Origin: Candidatus Heimdallarchaeota archaeon
GTDB taxonomy: Archaea > Asgardarchaeota > Heimdallarchaeia > Heimdallarchaeales > Heimdallarchaeaceae
Reading direction: 5' to 3'
Length of the DNA stretch: 45,474 bases
Assembly: GCA_016840095.1 (NCBI GenBank)
Contig: JAEOSZ010000050.1
Coordinates: 1-45,474 of the forward strand
Positions 17,807-26,917 of this stretch are shown piece by piece. The position numbers were made by a program, and so were the translations under genes. The notes beneath the pieces were generated by a model, which did not search any database, was not told the origin of the DNA, and saw only the letters and a list, made by a program, of their open reading frames with translations. Positions within the stretch are counted from its first letter, which is position 1; each line of letters begins with the position of its first letter.

Positions 17807-20410
17807 TTGAAAATGAAACTTCCAAAGCCTTATGTTGCAATTCTTTTTAATTGGAACAAACAAAAGCGTTCTGTTGATATTATTTATTTTAGTCTTGGCT
17901 CAAGTAAGGACAGGAAATCCTTGATTCATACCCGACTGCAATTTGTCTATGAGAAAGAAAGGATAAGGGTCTACAAATATCTCAAAATTGGTAGAAGTTC
18001 GAATATTTACATCCGACCTAGATTCGCAACCGAAAATTTGAGAGATGCTCAATATCTACTAATTCCTGACACTGACCTTCCCTGGGATAATCCAGGATTA
18101 ATGGAATATTGTAGAACATTCAAAATATCTAAACCCAAAGTTGCCCCTCTTTGTTTCTACTGTTTGTCCAAAAGAACAAAATGGACAGCTGTAGAAGAAG
18201 ATTCAATTAAGTTTAAAGATCAACGAATTTGTGATTATTGTAGTAAAAACCAGCTAACTGGAGAATTACAAAAAAGTAATTTAGTTGTAACAGGAGGGAT
18301 TACAAAATTCTTTCATCAACAAGCTCAAAGAGAAGGCAAGCTTGATGAGGTTCTTGAGAACATCTCTTTTGGTGCAGACCAAGATCCAATAAATCGACCA
18401 AATTCTACTCTCTTTGACATAATTCCTGCTAAGAAAATTGGAGAAAGAATGAAGGTTAATCAGATTGATGGATTACCCTCAAAATTCAAGAAATTATTGA
18501 CTGATGATGGTATTAAGACTCTTTTACCTATTCAAAAGAAGACACTAGATAAGGGATTACTACAAAACAAAGATCTCTTGATTGTTGCAGGTACTACTTC
18601 AGGAAAAACACTTATTGGAGAATTAGCAGGTATTAATGCTGCATTGAAAGGCAAAAAATTCATCTACCTATCTCCACTTGTTGCTCTTACCAACCAAAAA
18701 TATGAACAATTCAAAAAACGTTACAGAAAATTGGACTTGAAAACATCTATCAGAGTTGGTATGAGTCGAATTCAAGTAGAAGGGGAACATAAACCCATAA
18801 TCGATGAAGATTTCAAAACAGCAGACATAATTGTTGCCACTTATGAAGCGTTTGATTTTCTCTTAAGAGATAGTAAAGCCAGGGATCTAGGTGACATAGG
18901 AGTCATTGTAGTTGATGAAGTTCAAATGCTTGTTGCAAAGGAAAGAGGTTTTAGATTAAATGGTTTAATATCAAGATTGAAAGCGTTATTTCCCAAAGCA
19001 CAGTTTATCTATCTTTCTGCAACTATTGGTAATCCAATTGCATTGGGAGAGGATCTTGATGCAGATGTTGTTGAATATCTTGATAGACCAATTCCACTTG
19101 AAAGACATTCTGTTCTAACAGAGAATGAGCATGAAAGATTTGAACATTTATTCAAAATTGTTCAACATGAAAGCAAAATAACATCAAGAACTGGTTTCAA
19201 AGGTCAATCATTAGTCTTTACCAACTCAAGAAGAAATTGTGAAAATATTGCTAAGAAATTGAAGAAAAAAGGTGTAGCAGCAACATTCTATCACGCGGGT
19301 TTAACCTATCGTCAAAGAAAGGTTGTCGAGAGAGGTTTTGAAAAAGGTAGATTTACAACTGTTGTTACAACAATCGCTTTAGGAGCGGGAGTAGATTTTC
19401 CTGCGTCAACAGTTATTTTTGAAAATCTAGCCATGGGTATAGAATGGCTATCAGTGGCAGAATTCCATCAGATGTTGGGAAGAGCAGGGAGATTAGGTTT
19501 TCATGATAAAGGTAAAGTCTATCTTCTGGTTGAACCTGGAAGAAAGATATATGCTAGTCAGAAGGAGACTGAAGAACAAGTGGCTTTTGATCTTCTAACT
19601 AAACCTATAGAAGATGTCGACCCAGTATTAGATGTTATTGAAGAAGAGGAAGAAATTTTAGCTACTATTGTAGCATTCCAAAATGTAAGTATTTCAGATG
19701 ATAAGATGATTTTTGCAAACATCATCGGTAGGTCTAGTCCACTTCCGGATAATATGAGAGCTCTTCGCAAAATGAAAATGATAGAAGTTGAAGATAAGAT
19801 CATTAAGCCTACTCAACTAGGAAAAGCGATTTCACTATCGTTCTTGTCTCCAGCTTATGCAATCAGGTTAGTTCAAGAAATAGAAAGGAAAAGAAGTTTT
19901 GAAGAAGATTTTGCTCTAACACTAGCAATTAAAATTCAGCCTTTCAGATCTGCTCATTTAGCACCTAGAGTACATGGTGACATTGAAAGAACATTGAAAA
20001 CAAATGTTTCAACAAATATATTTTCTGGAGCAATTCTAGACCTATATTCAGGTCATGGATGGGGAAGGAGGAATCCTACAAAAATGATCATAGATACTTT
20101 TGCTATTTGGACTAAAGAATTTTTCACTTGCAAATGTGCAGATAAACCATTTTGTATTTGTGGTGAGATTAGTCTTTCAAAAAAATTAGTTGAATTAAGA
20201 CAACAGGGTTATTCGCCAATCAGAATAACTGATGAGTTTAGGAAGTACTATAATATTCAAATCTATCCAGGAGACTTGTATTCATGGCTAGATGCTTTAG
20301 TTCACAACCTGAATGCAATTGAACGTTTAGCCAAAGTTCTTGATGAGATTCATTTACAGAAAAGTGCAAAAAGTTATACTAAGGATATTGAAAAACCCAA
20401 AATTCAATAA
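17807..20410 (+). CDS. Archaea-specific SF2 Ski2-like helicase (COG1202 / ASH-Ski2 type)
   Basis: AGTTSGKT, PLVALTNQKY, DEVQ, LSAT, YHAGL, GAGVDFPA, QMLGRAGR. N-terminal CFYC/CDYC and C-terminal CKCADKPFCICG...YPGD cysteine motifs are characteristic of this family. Confidence 0.9.
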   Translation: MKMKLPKPYVAILFNWNKQKRSVDIIYFSLGSSKDRKSLIHTRLQFVYEKERIRVYKYLKIGRSSNIYIRPRFATENLRDAQYLLIPDTDLPWDNPGLMEYCRTFKISKPKVAPLCFYCLSKRTKWTAVEEDSIKFKDQRICDYCSKNQLTGELQKSNLVVTGGITKFFHQQAQREGKLDEVLENISFGADQDPINRPNSTLFDIIPAKKIGERMKVNQIDGLPSKFKKLLTDDGIKTLLPIQKKTLDKGLLQNKDLLIVAGTTSGKTLIGELAGINAALKGKKFIYLSPLVALTNQKYEQFKKRYRKLDLKTSIRVGMSRIQVEGEHKPIIDEDFKTADIIVATYEAFDFLLRDSKARDLGDIGVIVVDEVQMLVAKERGFRLNGLISRLKALFPKAQFIYLSATIGNPIALGEDLDADVVEYLDRPIPLERHSVLTENEHERFEHLFKIVQHESKITSRTGFKGQSLVFTNSRRNCENIAKKLKKKGVAATFYHAGLTYRQRKVVERGFEKGRFTTVVTTIALGAGVDFPASTVIFENLAMGIEWLSVAEFHQMLGRAGRLGFHDKGKVYLLVEPGRKIYASQKETEEQVAFDLLTKPIEDVDPVLDVIEEEEEILATIVAFQNVSISDDKMIFANIIGRSSPLPDNMRALRKMKMIEVEDKIIKPTQLGKAISLSFLSPAYAIRLVQEIERKRSFEEDFALTLAIKIQPFRSAHLAPRVHGDIERTLKTNVSTNIFSGAILDLYSGHGWGRRNPTKMIIDTFAIWTKEFFTCKCADKPFCICGEISLSKKLVELRQQGYSPIRITDEFRKYYNIQIYPGDLYSWLDALVHNLNAIERLAKVLDEIHLQKSAKSYTKDIEKPKIQ

Positions 20411-20477
20411 TTTCTGTCGATGCGTCAAATTTATGAATACATAAACTTGTTATTCATATCCAGAGGTTTGTGTAATA

Positions 20478-21542
20478 ATGTTTGAAAAAGATAAAGAAAT
20501 GTCTCTTTCTCCTGAAGATCTATTTATGACTATATTATGTTTAGTTGTATTAATTTTAGCATTTTCAGATACACGTGGAGGAAATTCAGTGGCTTTTGCT
20601 TCTTTTCCTGCAATGGGTATTTTGTTTGTATGCTGGGGAATAGTAAGATTTAGACGAAGACCTCTTCCAAAACAAGTTCATTTCAAAAGAATGATTTATT
20701 TATCTACTGTAAAAGTACTAAGAAACTTTCATCTGATTTCTGCTGGTTTTAGTTACTTATACATCCTTTTTAGATATTCAAATTATCAACAGGAGGACTT
20801 TCTTATTGCACTTATCTTCAATTTTGTGGGAGTTTTCGCCATTTCTATTGTAGAAATTGGCGGGCATATTCTAGTTAATGATGATTTCGTAGAAATGATC
20901 AAATTAGAAGATGAAGATGAAAAATTGCTTAAAAAGAAACGATTCGATCTACTTTTTGGAACCAGATTTTACATTCTAATATCAATATTCTCAGTGATCA
21001 GCTTAGGCGTTACTTATTTCTCTGTTGCTTCACTTATAACATCAAAAGATCTATTTCTAATTCTTATGCAATTTGTATATCTGATTATTGCAATAGGTTT
21101 GTATTTGTATACGTTTAACAAAACAATGAGATTTGGAAGGATTACAAACGCTAGCCTTCTATTACAAGCAGTTGATTACTATGAAACTGTTGACCTATTA
21201 GATGAAGGATTCAAAATAATAGAGGAGTACATAGAGGAAGATCCGGATAATATTGCTTTACTCTCTAAACTTGCATTATTACATACCAAAAAAGGTAACT
21301 ACGATGAAACAATGAAATATGCAGGGAAAGTGTTAGCTGAAATTGAGGAGAAAAATTATGATGCACCTCACATGACTGCAAGAGCTCATATGCTTAGAGC
21401 AGTATGTTTGAATGCAAAGGAAAGATATGAAGAAGCATACAAAGAAGTTACTCAAACACTGAAATACACTCCTGAAAATAATGCAGCACGAAAATTAAGA
21501 AGAGATTTAAGAAGAAACCTAAAGCAAACAGATAGTAAATAA
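20478..21542 (+). CDS. Polytopic membrane protein with C-terminal TPR repeats
   Basis: About six hydrophobic segments, then TPR-like units (EEDPDNIALLSKLALLHTKKGNYDETMKY; LKYTPENNAA). Confidence 0.75.
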   Translation: MFEKDKEMSLSPEDLFMTILCLVVLILAFSDTRGGNSVAFASFPAMGILFVCWGIVRFRRRPLPKQVHFKRMIYLSTVKVLRNFHLISAGFSYLYILFRYSNYQQEDFLIALIFNFVGVFAISIVEIGGHILVNDDFVEMIKLEDEDEKLLKKKRFDLLFGTRFYILISIFSVISLGVTYFSVASLITSKDLFLILMQFVYLIIAIGLYLYTFNKTMRFGRITNASLLLQAVDYYETVDLLDEGFKIIEEYIEEDPDNIALLSKLALLHTKKGNYDETMKYAGKVLAEIEEKNYDAPHMTARAHMLRAVCLNAKERYEEAYKEVTQTLKYTPENNAARKLRRDLRRNLKQTDSK

Positions 21543-21599
21543 GTCTCCATATTTCAACTACCACAATACTTTATATTATTTTTATTCAAATATTACAAG

Positions 21600-22478
21600 A
21601 TGAGACTTTGTTCAATCGATTATTCTCTTAATGAAGAAATTCACCCTAAAGAGATAATAAGTTCCATTGATCCAGTAAAAGCCAATGTTAAGTTCAACAT
21701 TGTTAAAAAAAGAAGCCCTGGATTAGATAGGAATACTTTGGAGAAGTCTCATGTCTTATTCATCAGCCTCCCACGCAAGAAACTCACTCAAGAACAATAT
21801 ATAGAATTAATCTCTTATATTGATATAGGTGGATGTTTGATTCTTACTTTACCCTCACCTCCGTGGACAGACTTAGGCAGATTTTTTGAAGAATTTAGAA
21901 AAGAAATTGGTATATCTTTTCAATCAAATTTTGTTTATGGGATGCCAAATATACCTAACAATGTTCGATTAATAGGTTCCAAATTGACCATAACTAAAGC
22001 ACATGTTATCAACTCAAACATGAATGAAGATTTTATGAAAGAAACTGGAATCAAAAGATACATTCCTATTGCTTTAATGGATGACCAACCGGTAGTTTTA
22101 GCAGCTCTTAAGCGAAGAGGGAGATTTATAGTTTTTAGCACTCCAGAGATTTTTACTAAACAAAATTCAGATTTCTTAAGTAGATTGATTCTACTCTCAG
22201 CTGCAAAGAAGGAGTATTTATTGTCAAAAACAATTCAAAAGTTCCAGGTAGGTGATTCAAATTTCTCATTACTTCTACAACATGCTTGTTTGGATAGTTA
22301 TTTATTATCCCTTTATCATTATGAATTTGTCTTTCATCAAGAGACTATCAATCTTGCTGAAGAGAACGAATTACCTCAAAGAATCTATTCAATAATAACC
22401 AAACAGAAAGTATTAAGTGAAAGACCAAATATTGAACAAATTCTTGAAGCAATTGAACATTTCAGAAACGGAAGTTGA
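21600..22478 (+). CDS. GIFT/IFT52-like (class I glutamine amidotransferase-like fold, non-catalytic) protein
   Basis: LEKSHVLFISLPRKKLTQEQYIELISYIDIGGCLIL and PVVLAALKRRGRFIVFSTPEIF...NSDFL match the GIFT/DUF4350 pattern. No signal peptide. Confidence 0.6.
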   Translation: MRLCSIDYSLNEEIHPKEIISSIDPVKANVKFNIVKKRSPGLDRNTLEKSHVLFISLPRKKLTQEQYIELISYIDIGGCLILTLPSPPWTDLGRFFEEFRKEIGISFQSNFVYGMPNIPNNVRLIGSKLTITKAHVINSNMNEDFMKETGIKRYIPIALMDDQPVVLAALKRRGRFIVFSTPEIFTKQNSDFLSRLILLSAAKKEYLLSKTIQKFQVGDSNFSLLLQHACLDSYLLSLYHYEFVFHQETINLAEENELPQRIYSIITKQKVLSERPNIEQILEAIEHFRNGS

Positions 22479-23548
22479 AGCTTGTGTTAATTAAACGAAT
22501 CTTAATCATAACCGAACATGGAGTACCTATTTTTGATTATGAAGAATATGGTAGAGATGATGAAGTACTTGTTGGAGGACTATTAACAGCAATTCTAAAA
22601 TTCGTTGAAGAAACAGAACAAGAAAAGCTGTCAAGACTTCTTCTTGAAGAAAGTCAATTTCTTGTAATTTCTAAGGAGTCTCTCATTTTTATTTTCCAGA
22701 TTTCTGATGAAATGCCTGGTGATTATGCAGAATATGTGAGTAGTTGCATTTTTGAAAGGTTTATGCAAAAATATAAAGATCAAATTAAAGAGTTCACAGG
22801 TAATGTTAGTACATTTTACGATTTTCAAGATGGATGCAAAGAAATTCTTCTTGAGTGTGGTGCCAACTTAACTGACATTTTAATCAATGAAAAAGAGAGT
22901 GAAAACCTTCATGCATGGTGCTTATTTTCAATGGATTATGAGCCACTAATTGTTATGGCTAACGCACCTAAATACAATGTAGATAGTTTCACTATTTTTC
23001 AAGTTCTAGGTAAAAGTGTAAAAAAAGTCTCTTCAAATTTAGGAGAAAATTCTAAAGGTACATGCTTCCACATTACTCATAATGGAAATATAGTACAAAC
23101 CATTCTTCTCCCTCAATCTATTATAGTAACTGAATCACAAATAGATAGTTTAAAAGCAAAGGGCTTGAAGCAATTTAAAACTAAATCTGCCCAACAATTA
23201 ATCAGTATTTTTACTAAATTATACAAACCAGATTCAATTGATATTTATAACAAAAGCATGATTTCAACAACTGATCAAAGTGAGTTGAATGAGAATCAAA
23301 AAGTTATTTTAGACTTATTCAAGGCAGCTGAAAAAGGATTCCAATATTTATTTGATACTCCTACACATATCCAAATACTGAGCTTTGAACAAAAAAGCTA
23401 CATCTATGTTAAATTAGTGAATAGGTCAATCATGATGGAGTTCAATAGAAAAGTTTCTGTATCAAATATAATTGAGAAAACAAAGAAAGCTTTTGAAGAA
23501 ATAGTTGTTACTAAGGTCGATACCCCTGCAACAGTGCTAGAAAGATAG
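22475..23548 (+). CDS. Longin-domain protein with two additional longin/roadblock-like domains
   Basis: IKRILIITEHGVPIF...DDEVLVGGLLTAILKFVEE...F...Y...FTGNVSTF is a typical Asgard longin. Two more alpha/beta units of about 100 aa follow. 4-bp overlap with the upstream gene. Confidence 0.75.
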   Translation: MKLVLIKRILIITEHGVPIFDYEEYGRDDEVLVGGLLTAILKFVEETEQEKLSRLLLEESQFLVISKESLIFIFQISDEMPGDYAEYVSSCIFERFMQKYKDQIKEFTGNVSTFYDFQDGCKEILLECGANLTDILINEKESENLHAWCLFSMDYEPLIVMANAPKYNVDSFTIFQVLGKSVKKVSSNLGENSKGTCFHITHNGNIVQTILLPQSIIVTESQIDSLKAKGLKQFKTKSAQQLISIFTKLYKPDSIDIYNKSMISTTDQSELNENQKVILDLFKAAEKGFQYLFDTPTHIQILSFEQKSYIYVKLVNRSIMMEFNRKVSVSNIIEKTKKAFEEIVVTKVDTPATVLER

Positions 23549-24515
23549 TTGTGGCAGTTATATCAGCTGTAGTTCCCGGATTAATCTGAGTATCTTGAGA
23601 TGTTCTTAGATATTTATCTAGTTCTTTAATTTTAGTTCGACCTTCTTCTGTAAATACTCCACCTGCTTGTACAACTTTCTTTGCAGTTTTGTTTACATAT
23701 GAAGCAATTTCGTTTCCAAATCTTTTTGCAATATGAGTGTCTTTCTTCTCTGAAAGTAAAGTAATATAGGTTTGAGTTATAGCATTTAAGAAATTCTGAT
23801 CCTCTTCAAAGACTCTCATAAAGGTTGTATATCCAAATTTCAAAGTAATTTGGTATTTATGTGCCAATTCATAGAATATTAAATCTCTATTTTTATAGTA
23901 GTTAGTAAATTCATGTAGATTTGTTCTCTCATGTTTGTGTATTTCGAGAAATGAATTGAAATCATCTTCTTCTTTATTTGATGGGAGTAAATTATCAGAA
24001 ACAGACTTGCTTAGAGCTTCAGTTAGATAAATACAATCTTCTGTTGTGGAATTCTTCAAAAATTGATCAGAGATATAAACTACATTATCAAGATTCAACT
24101 TAGTATTAATTTTCATACCTTCATGTGCAAAACTATGAGCTGCTCCTAATGTGATGGGTGCAAACATTATCAAAGTTCCCAGAATAGTATTTCCTGTATC
24201 ACTGTACCATGTTAGTGACCTTTCCAGAGCTCTTTCTATAAAGAATCCAATTTCTGCATCTTCATACCACAAGTGATTTTCTGCTACTAAGATTCCTCTT
24301 TTAGATAATCCAAAAATTGGGGCGAACAAATTGCTACCTCCTGCTAGAAAATGTTCTGTTTTTGTATCTACAAACTCATTTCTAAAAGAAGCTCCTCCTG
24401 GTTTTGAATCAGTAGCGTATAAAAGATTATGAGCAAGAACAGCGCATTGAGAGATGTATATTTGTACATCAAGTACCTTTCCTTTTACATCATTAGAAAA
24501 CTTCGTGAAAGGCAT
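23511..24515 (-). CDS. citG: Triphosphoribosyl-dephospho-CoA synthase family protein (archaeal CitG-like)
   Basis: SKPG, GNTILGTLIMFAP, DTHIAKRFG, INPGTTADITA. Confidence 0.85.
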   Translation of the reverse strand: MPFTKFSNDVKGKVLDVQIYISQCAVLAHNLLYATDSKPGGASFRNEFVDTKTEHFLAGGSNLFAPIFGLSKRGILVAENHLWYEDAEIGFFIERALERSLTWYSDTGNTILGTLIMFAPITLGAAHSFAHEGMKINTKLNLDNVVYISDQFLKNSTTEDCIYLTEALSKSVSDNLLPSNKEEDDFNSFLEIHKHERTNLHEFTNYYKNRDLIFYELAHKYQITLKFGYTTFMRVFEEDQNFLNAITQTYITLLSEKKDTHIAKRFGNEIASYVNKTAKKVVQAGGVFTEEGRTKIKELDKYLRTSQDTQINPGTTADITATTIFLALLQGYRP

Positions 24516-24738
24516 TCAAGAAAATAAACTAATATTCTATTTTGAATGCATCGGTATTTGAGAAAGTATACTCAACTCTCTTCTAAGTGCTATTGGGATA
24601 TCATGTCGAACTAACGTTAAGTTTAATTATGTTTATGTATTAATGTTATTGTAATGTTTCCGCAAGGGAATAGTTCAATTTTTGATTTTAGATTTTCAAT
24701 AGATATAGTATTATCTTTCATTATATAGGTGAATAAAA

Positions 24739-25308
24739 GTGAACAAAAATCTTAGAAAAACTGACACACTTGCACATACAACAGGATCTTTTATTAATAG
24801 CTTAAAAGATGTTAATGGTACCTGGGATGAAAAAACACAGGAGATTCTTTCTTTGACTCCTGAGGTCATTAGAGATGTTAACGAAGTAATTTCTTCAAAA
24901 GGTAAAACAATTTCGAAGAAAGACACAATTATCACTAACCTTTCAACATTGGGAATGCTTTACAATGAACTAGAGCTGATAAATGGTGAAAGAGTCGATT
25001 TATTGATTGAAATGGAAGGTTTAGATTTCCCAATCAAAACACCGAAAAAATTGCTTGATCTATGCAAGAGAGAAGTTGAAACCAACAAATTACTAAAAAC
25101 AATAGCTCACAATATAAGCAAAACTATGGCCTTCGTAGATCAAAGTATAACGGATATGGAATTGCTAATAAATTCCTCAAGCTCGTTTGAATCAACATCT
25201 ACGGAGTATAATGAAATCATAGATGTTGGAAGATTCCACACTGCTAATCTTGAAAAAGAACTAGACAAAGAATTCAAAAAAGCACTCAAATATGGAGATA
25301 TTGTTTAA
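24739..25308 (+). CDS. Hypothetical alpha-helical protein
   Basis: 189-aa ORF with a GGTGA SD upstream of the GTG and a T-tract after the stop. No family recognised. Confidence 0.7.
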   Translation: MNKNLRKTDTLAHTTGSFINSLKDVNGTWDEKTQEILSLTPEVIRDVNEVISSKGKTISKKDTIITNLSTLGMLYNELELINGERVDLLIEMEGLDFPIKTPKKLLDLCKREVETNKLLKTIAHNISKTMAFVDQSITDMELLINSSSSFESTSTEYNEIIDVGRFHTANLEKELDKEFKKALKYGDIV

Positions 25309-25331
25309 TTATCTCCTTTTTTCCTTAATTT

Positions 25332-25345
25332 GAAAAAAGTTATTA
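25332..25345 (+). promoter_or_regulatory. BRE + TATA-like element, probably leaderless nnr transcript
   Basis: gaaaaaagttatta lies about 25-35 nt upstream of ATG 25369, and there is no SD. Confidence 0.45.
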
Positions 25346-25368
25346 GATGACAGATTTAATTTTATTTA

Positions 25369-26913
25369 ATGAATATTGATTCAGAAGAAGTTTTTACAAA
25401 TAGAATGACAAGAGCTTTAGAAGACAATGTTTTCGTTACTGGAATAACAATTTTTGAGATGATGGAAACTGCAGGATTAGTTATTGCTGAAGAGATAGAA
25501 AGTTTTGTTATCTCAAATCCTTCAAGTGAGATAGTGTTTTTGGTTGGTTTTGGGAATAATGGAGGAGATGGTTTAGTAGCCTCAAGATATCTTCTCGAAA
25601 AGGATCATAATTGTAAAATTGTTGTTGTTGGTAACAAAACCAAATTCAATTCTTTAGCATCACAAGAAAATTACATCAAACTAAAAGAGATTTTACCTTC
25701 AGAAAATTGGTATCAGATAAGAGAATCAGAGGAAATTGAAAGTATTTTTGAGGAATTAGGAAAGGAAATTCTTCTAATAGACTGTATTTTTGGAATTGGA
25801 ATTCAAGGTGAGATGCGTGAACCTTACTTTTCATTAGTTAACTTCTTGAATACTAAATTCAAATCAAATATAATTTCAGCTGATTTACCTTCAGGATACG
25901 ATTCTGAGATAGAAAATGAAGTCTATATTAAGAATCCTAAGAAGATAATTTGTCTTGGAAGAAACAAAATTGCACCAGATGCTTTTCCTAATTCTGAAAT
26001 TGTTGTCAGAAACATAGGAATATCTGCAGATGCAGAGAAGTTCATCGGATTGGGTGATTTAAAGTGGAATTACCCAATAAGGAGAAAGAATAGTCATAAG
26101 AGAGAAAATGGAGTAGTTACAATAATCGGTGGTTCAAAAGATTACATTGGTGCTCCAGCTCTAGCTGGAATGGGGGCATTCAGAACTGGTACTGATTTAA
26201 TTTTCATTCTAACCCCTTCGAATATTAGGGATACTGTAGCAAGCTATATGCCAGATTTTATTACAATACCTGCAGATGATGATGAGATTATTCCAACTGA
26301 CATTCAGGATCTATTTTCTCATCCAAGAATTGAAGAAACTAGTTTTGTTATTGGACCAGGTATGATGAATACAGAAGTTACCAGTAGAACACTGTTAGAG
26401 TTCTTAAAAAATCAAGAAAGAAGAGAAGTAGTAATAGATGCAAGTGCCCTTAGTATGATGAATGGAGAGCATCTTAAACTACTAAAGAATCACAATGCGA
26501 TTTTAACACCTCATCGAGGAGAATTCAAAAGTATTTTTGGAATCAAATTAAGTGGAAATTTTGACAAAGACGCAAATATAATTACAGAGACAGCTTTGAA
26601 ATGGCAAACTACAATATTAGTAAAGGGCAAAGTAGATATTATCTCTAATGGAAAGAAAACAAAATTCAATTCCACTGGACATCCTGGAATGACTGTTGGA
26701 GGAACAGGAGACGTATTAACTGGAATAATTGCTTCACTTCTAGCTATAAATAAAAATCCATTTCTTTCTGCGTGTTTAGGAGCTTTTATCTCAGGTTCAG
26801 CTGGTGAATTAGCTTCCAAGAGTTTCGGTGATGGTTTAATTGCTTCTGATATACCTAATTTCATCTATCCAATAATAGAAAAAGCTTTAAGTTTTAAAGC
26901 TAAAGAGGTTTGA
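25369..26913 (+). CDS. nnr: Bifunctional NAD(P)H-hydrate epimerase/dehydratase
   Basis: MMETAG, GFGNNGGDGLVASR, DCIFGIG, ADLPSG (YjeF-N domain); IGGSKDYIGAP, VIDA, LTPHRGEF, GGTGDVLTG (dehydratase domain). Confidence 0.95.
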   Translation: MNIDSEEVFTNRMTRALEDNVFVTGITIFEMMETAGLVIAEEIESFVISNPSSEIVFLVGFGNNGGDGLVASRYLLEKDHNCKIVVVGNKTKFNSLASQENYIKLKEILPSENWYQIRESEEIESIFEELGKEILLIDCIFGIGIQGEMREPYFSLVNFLNTKFKSNIISADLPSGYDSEIENEVYIKNPKKIICLGRNKIAPDAFPNSEIVVRNIGISADAEKFIGLGDLKWNYPIRRKNSHKRENGVVTIIGGSKDYIGAPALAGMGAFRTGTDLIFILTPSNIRDTVASYMPDFITIPADDDEIIPTDIQDLFSHPRIEETSFVIGPGMMNTEVTSRTLLEFLKNQERREVVIDASALSMMNGEHLKLLKNHNAILTPHRGEFKSIFGIKLSGNFDKDANIITETALKWQTTILVKGKVDIISNGKKTKFNSTGHPGMTVGGTGDVLTGIIASLLAINKNPFLSACLGAFISGSAGELASKSFGDGLIASDIPNFIYPIIEKALSFKAKEV

Positions 26914-26917
26914 AGAA

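Noticed and set aside
24739-25308. Possible ESCRT-III/PspA-like protein (size, helical, C-terminal LEKELDKEFKKAL)
   Set aside because: It lacks the basic N-terminal long hairpin and the clear basic/acidic polarity of Snf7/Vps2 proteins. The evidence is too weak to call.
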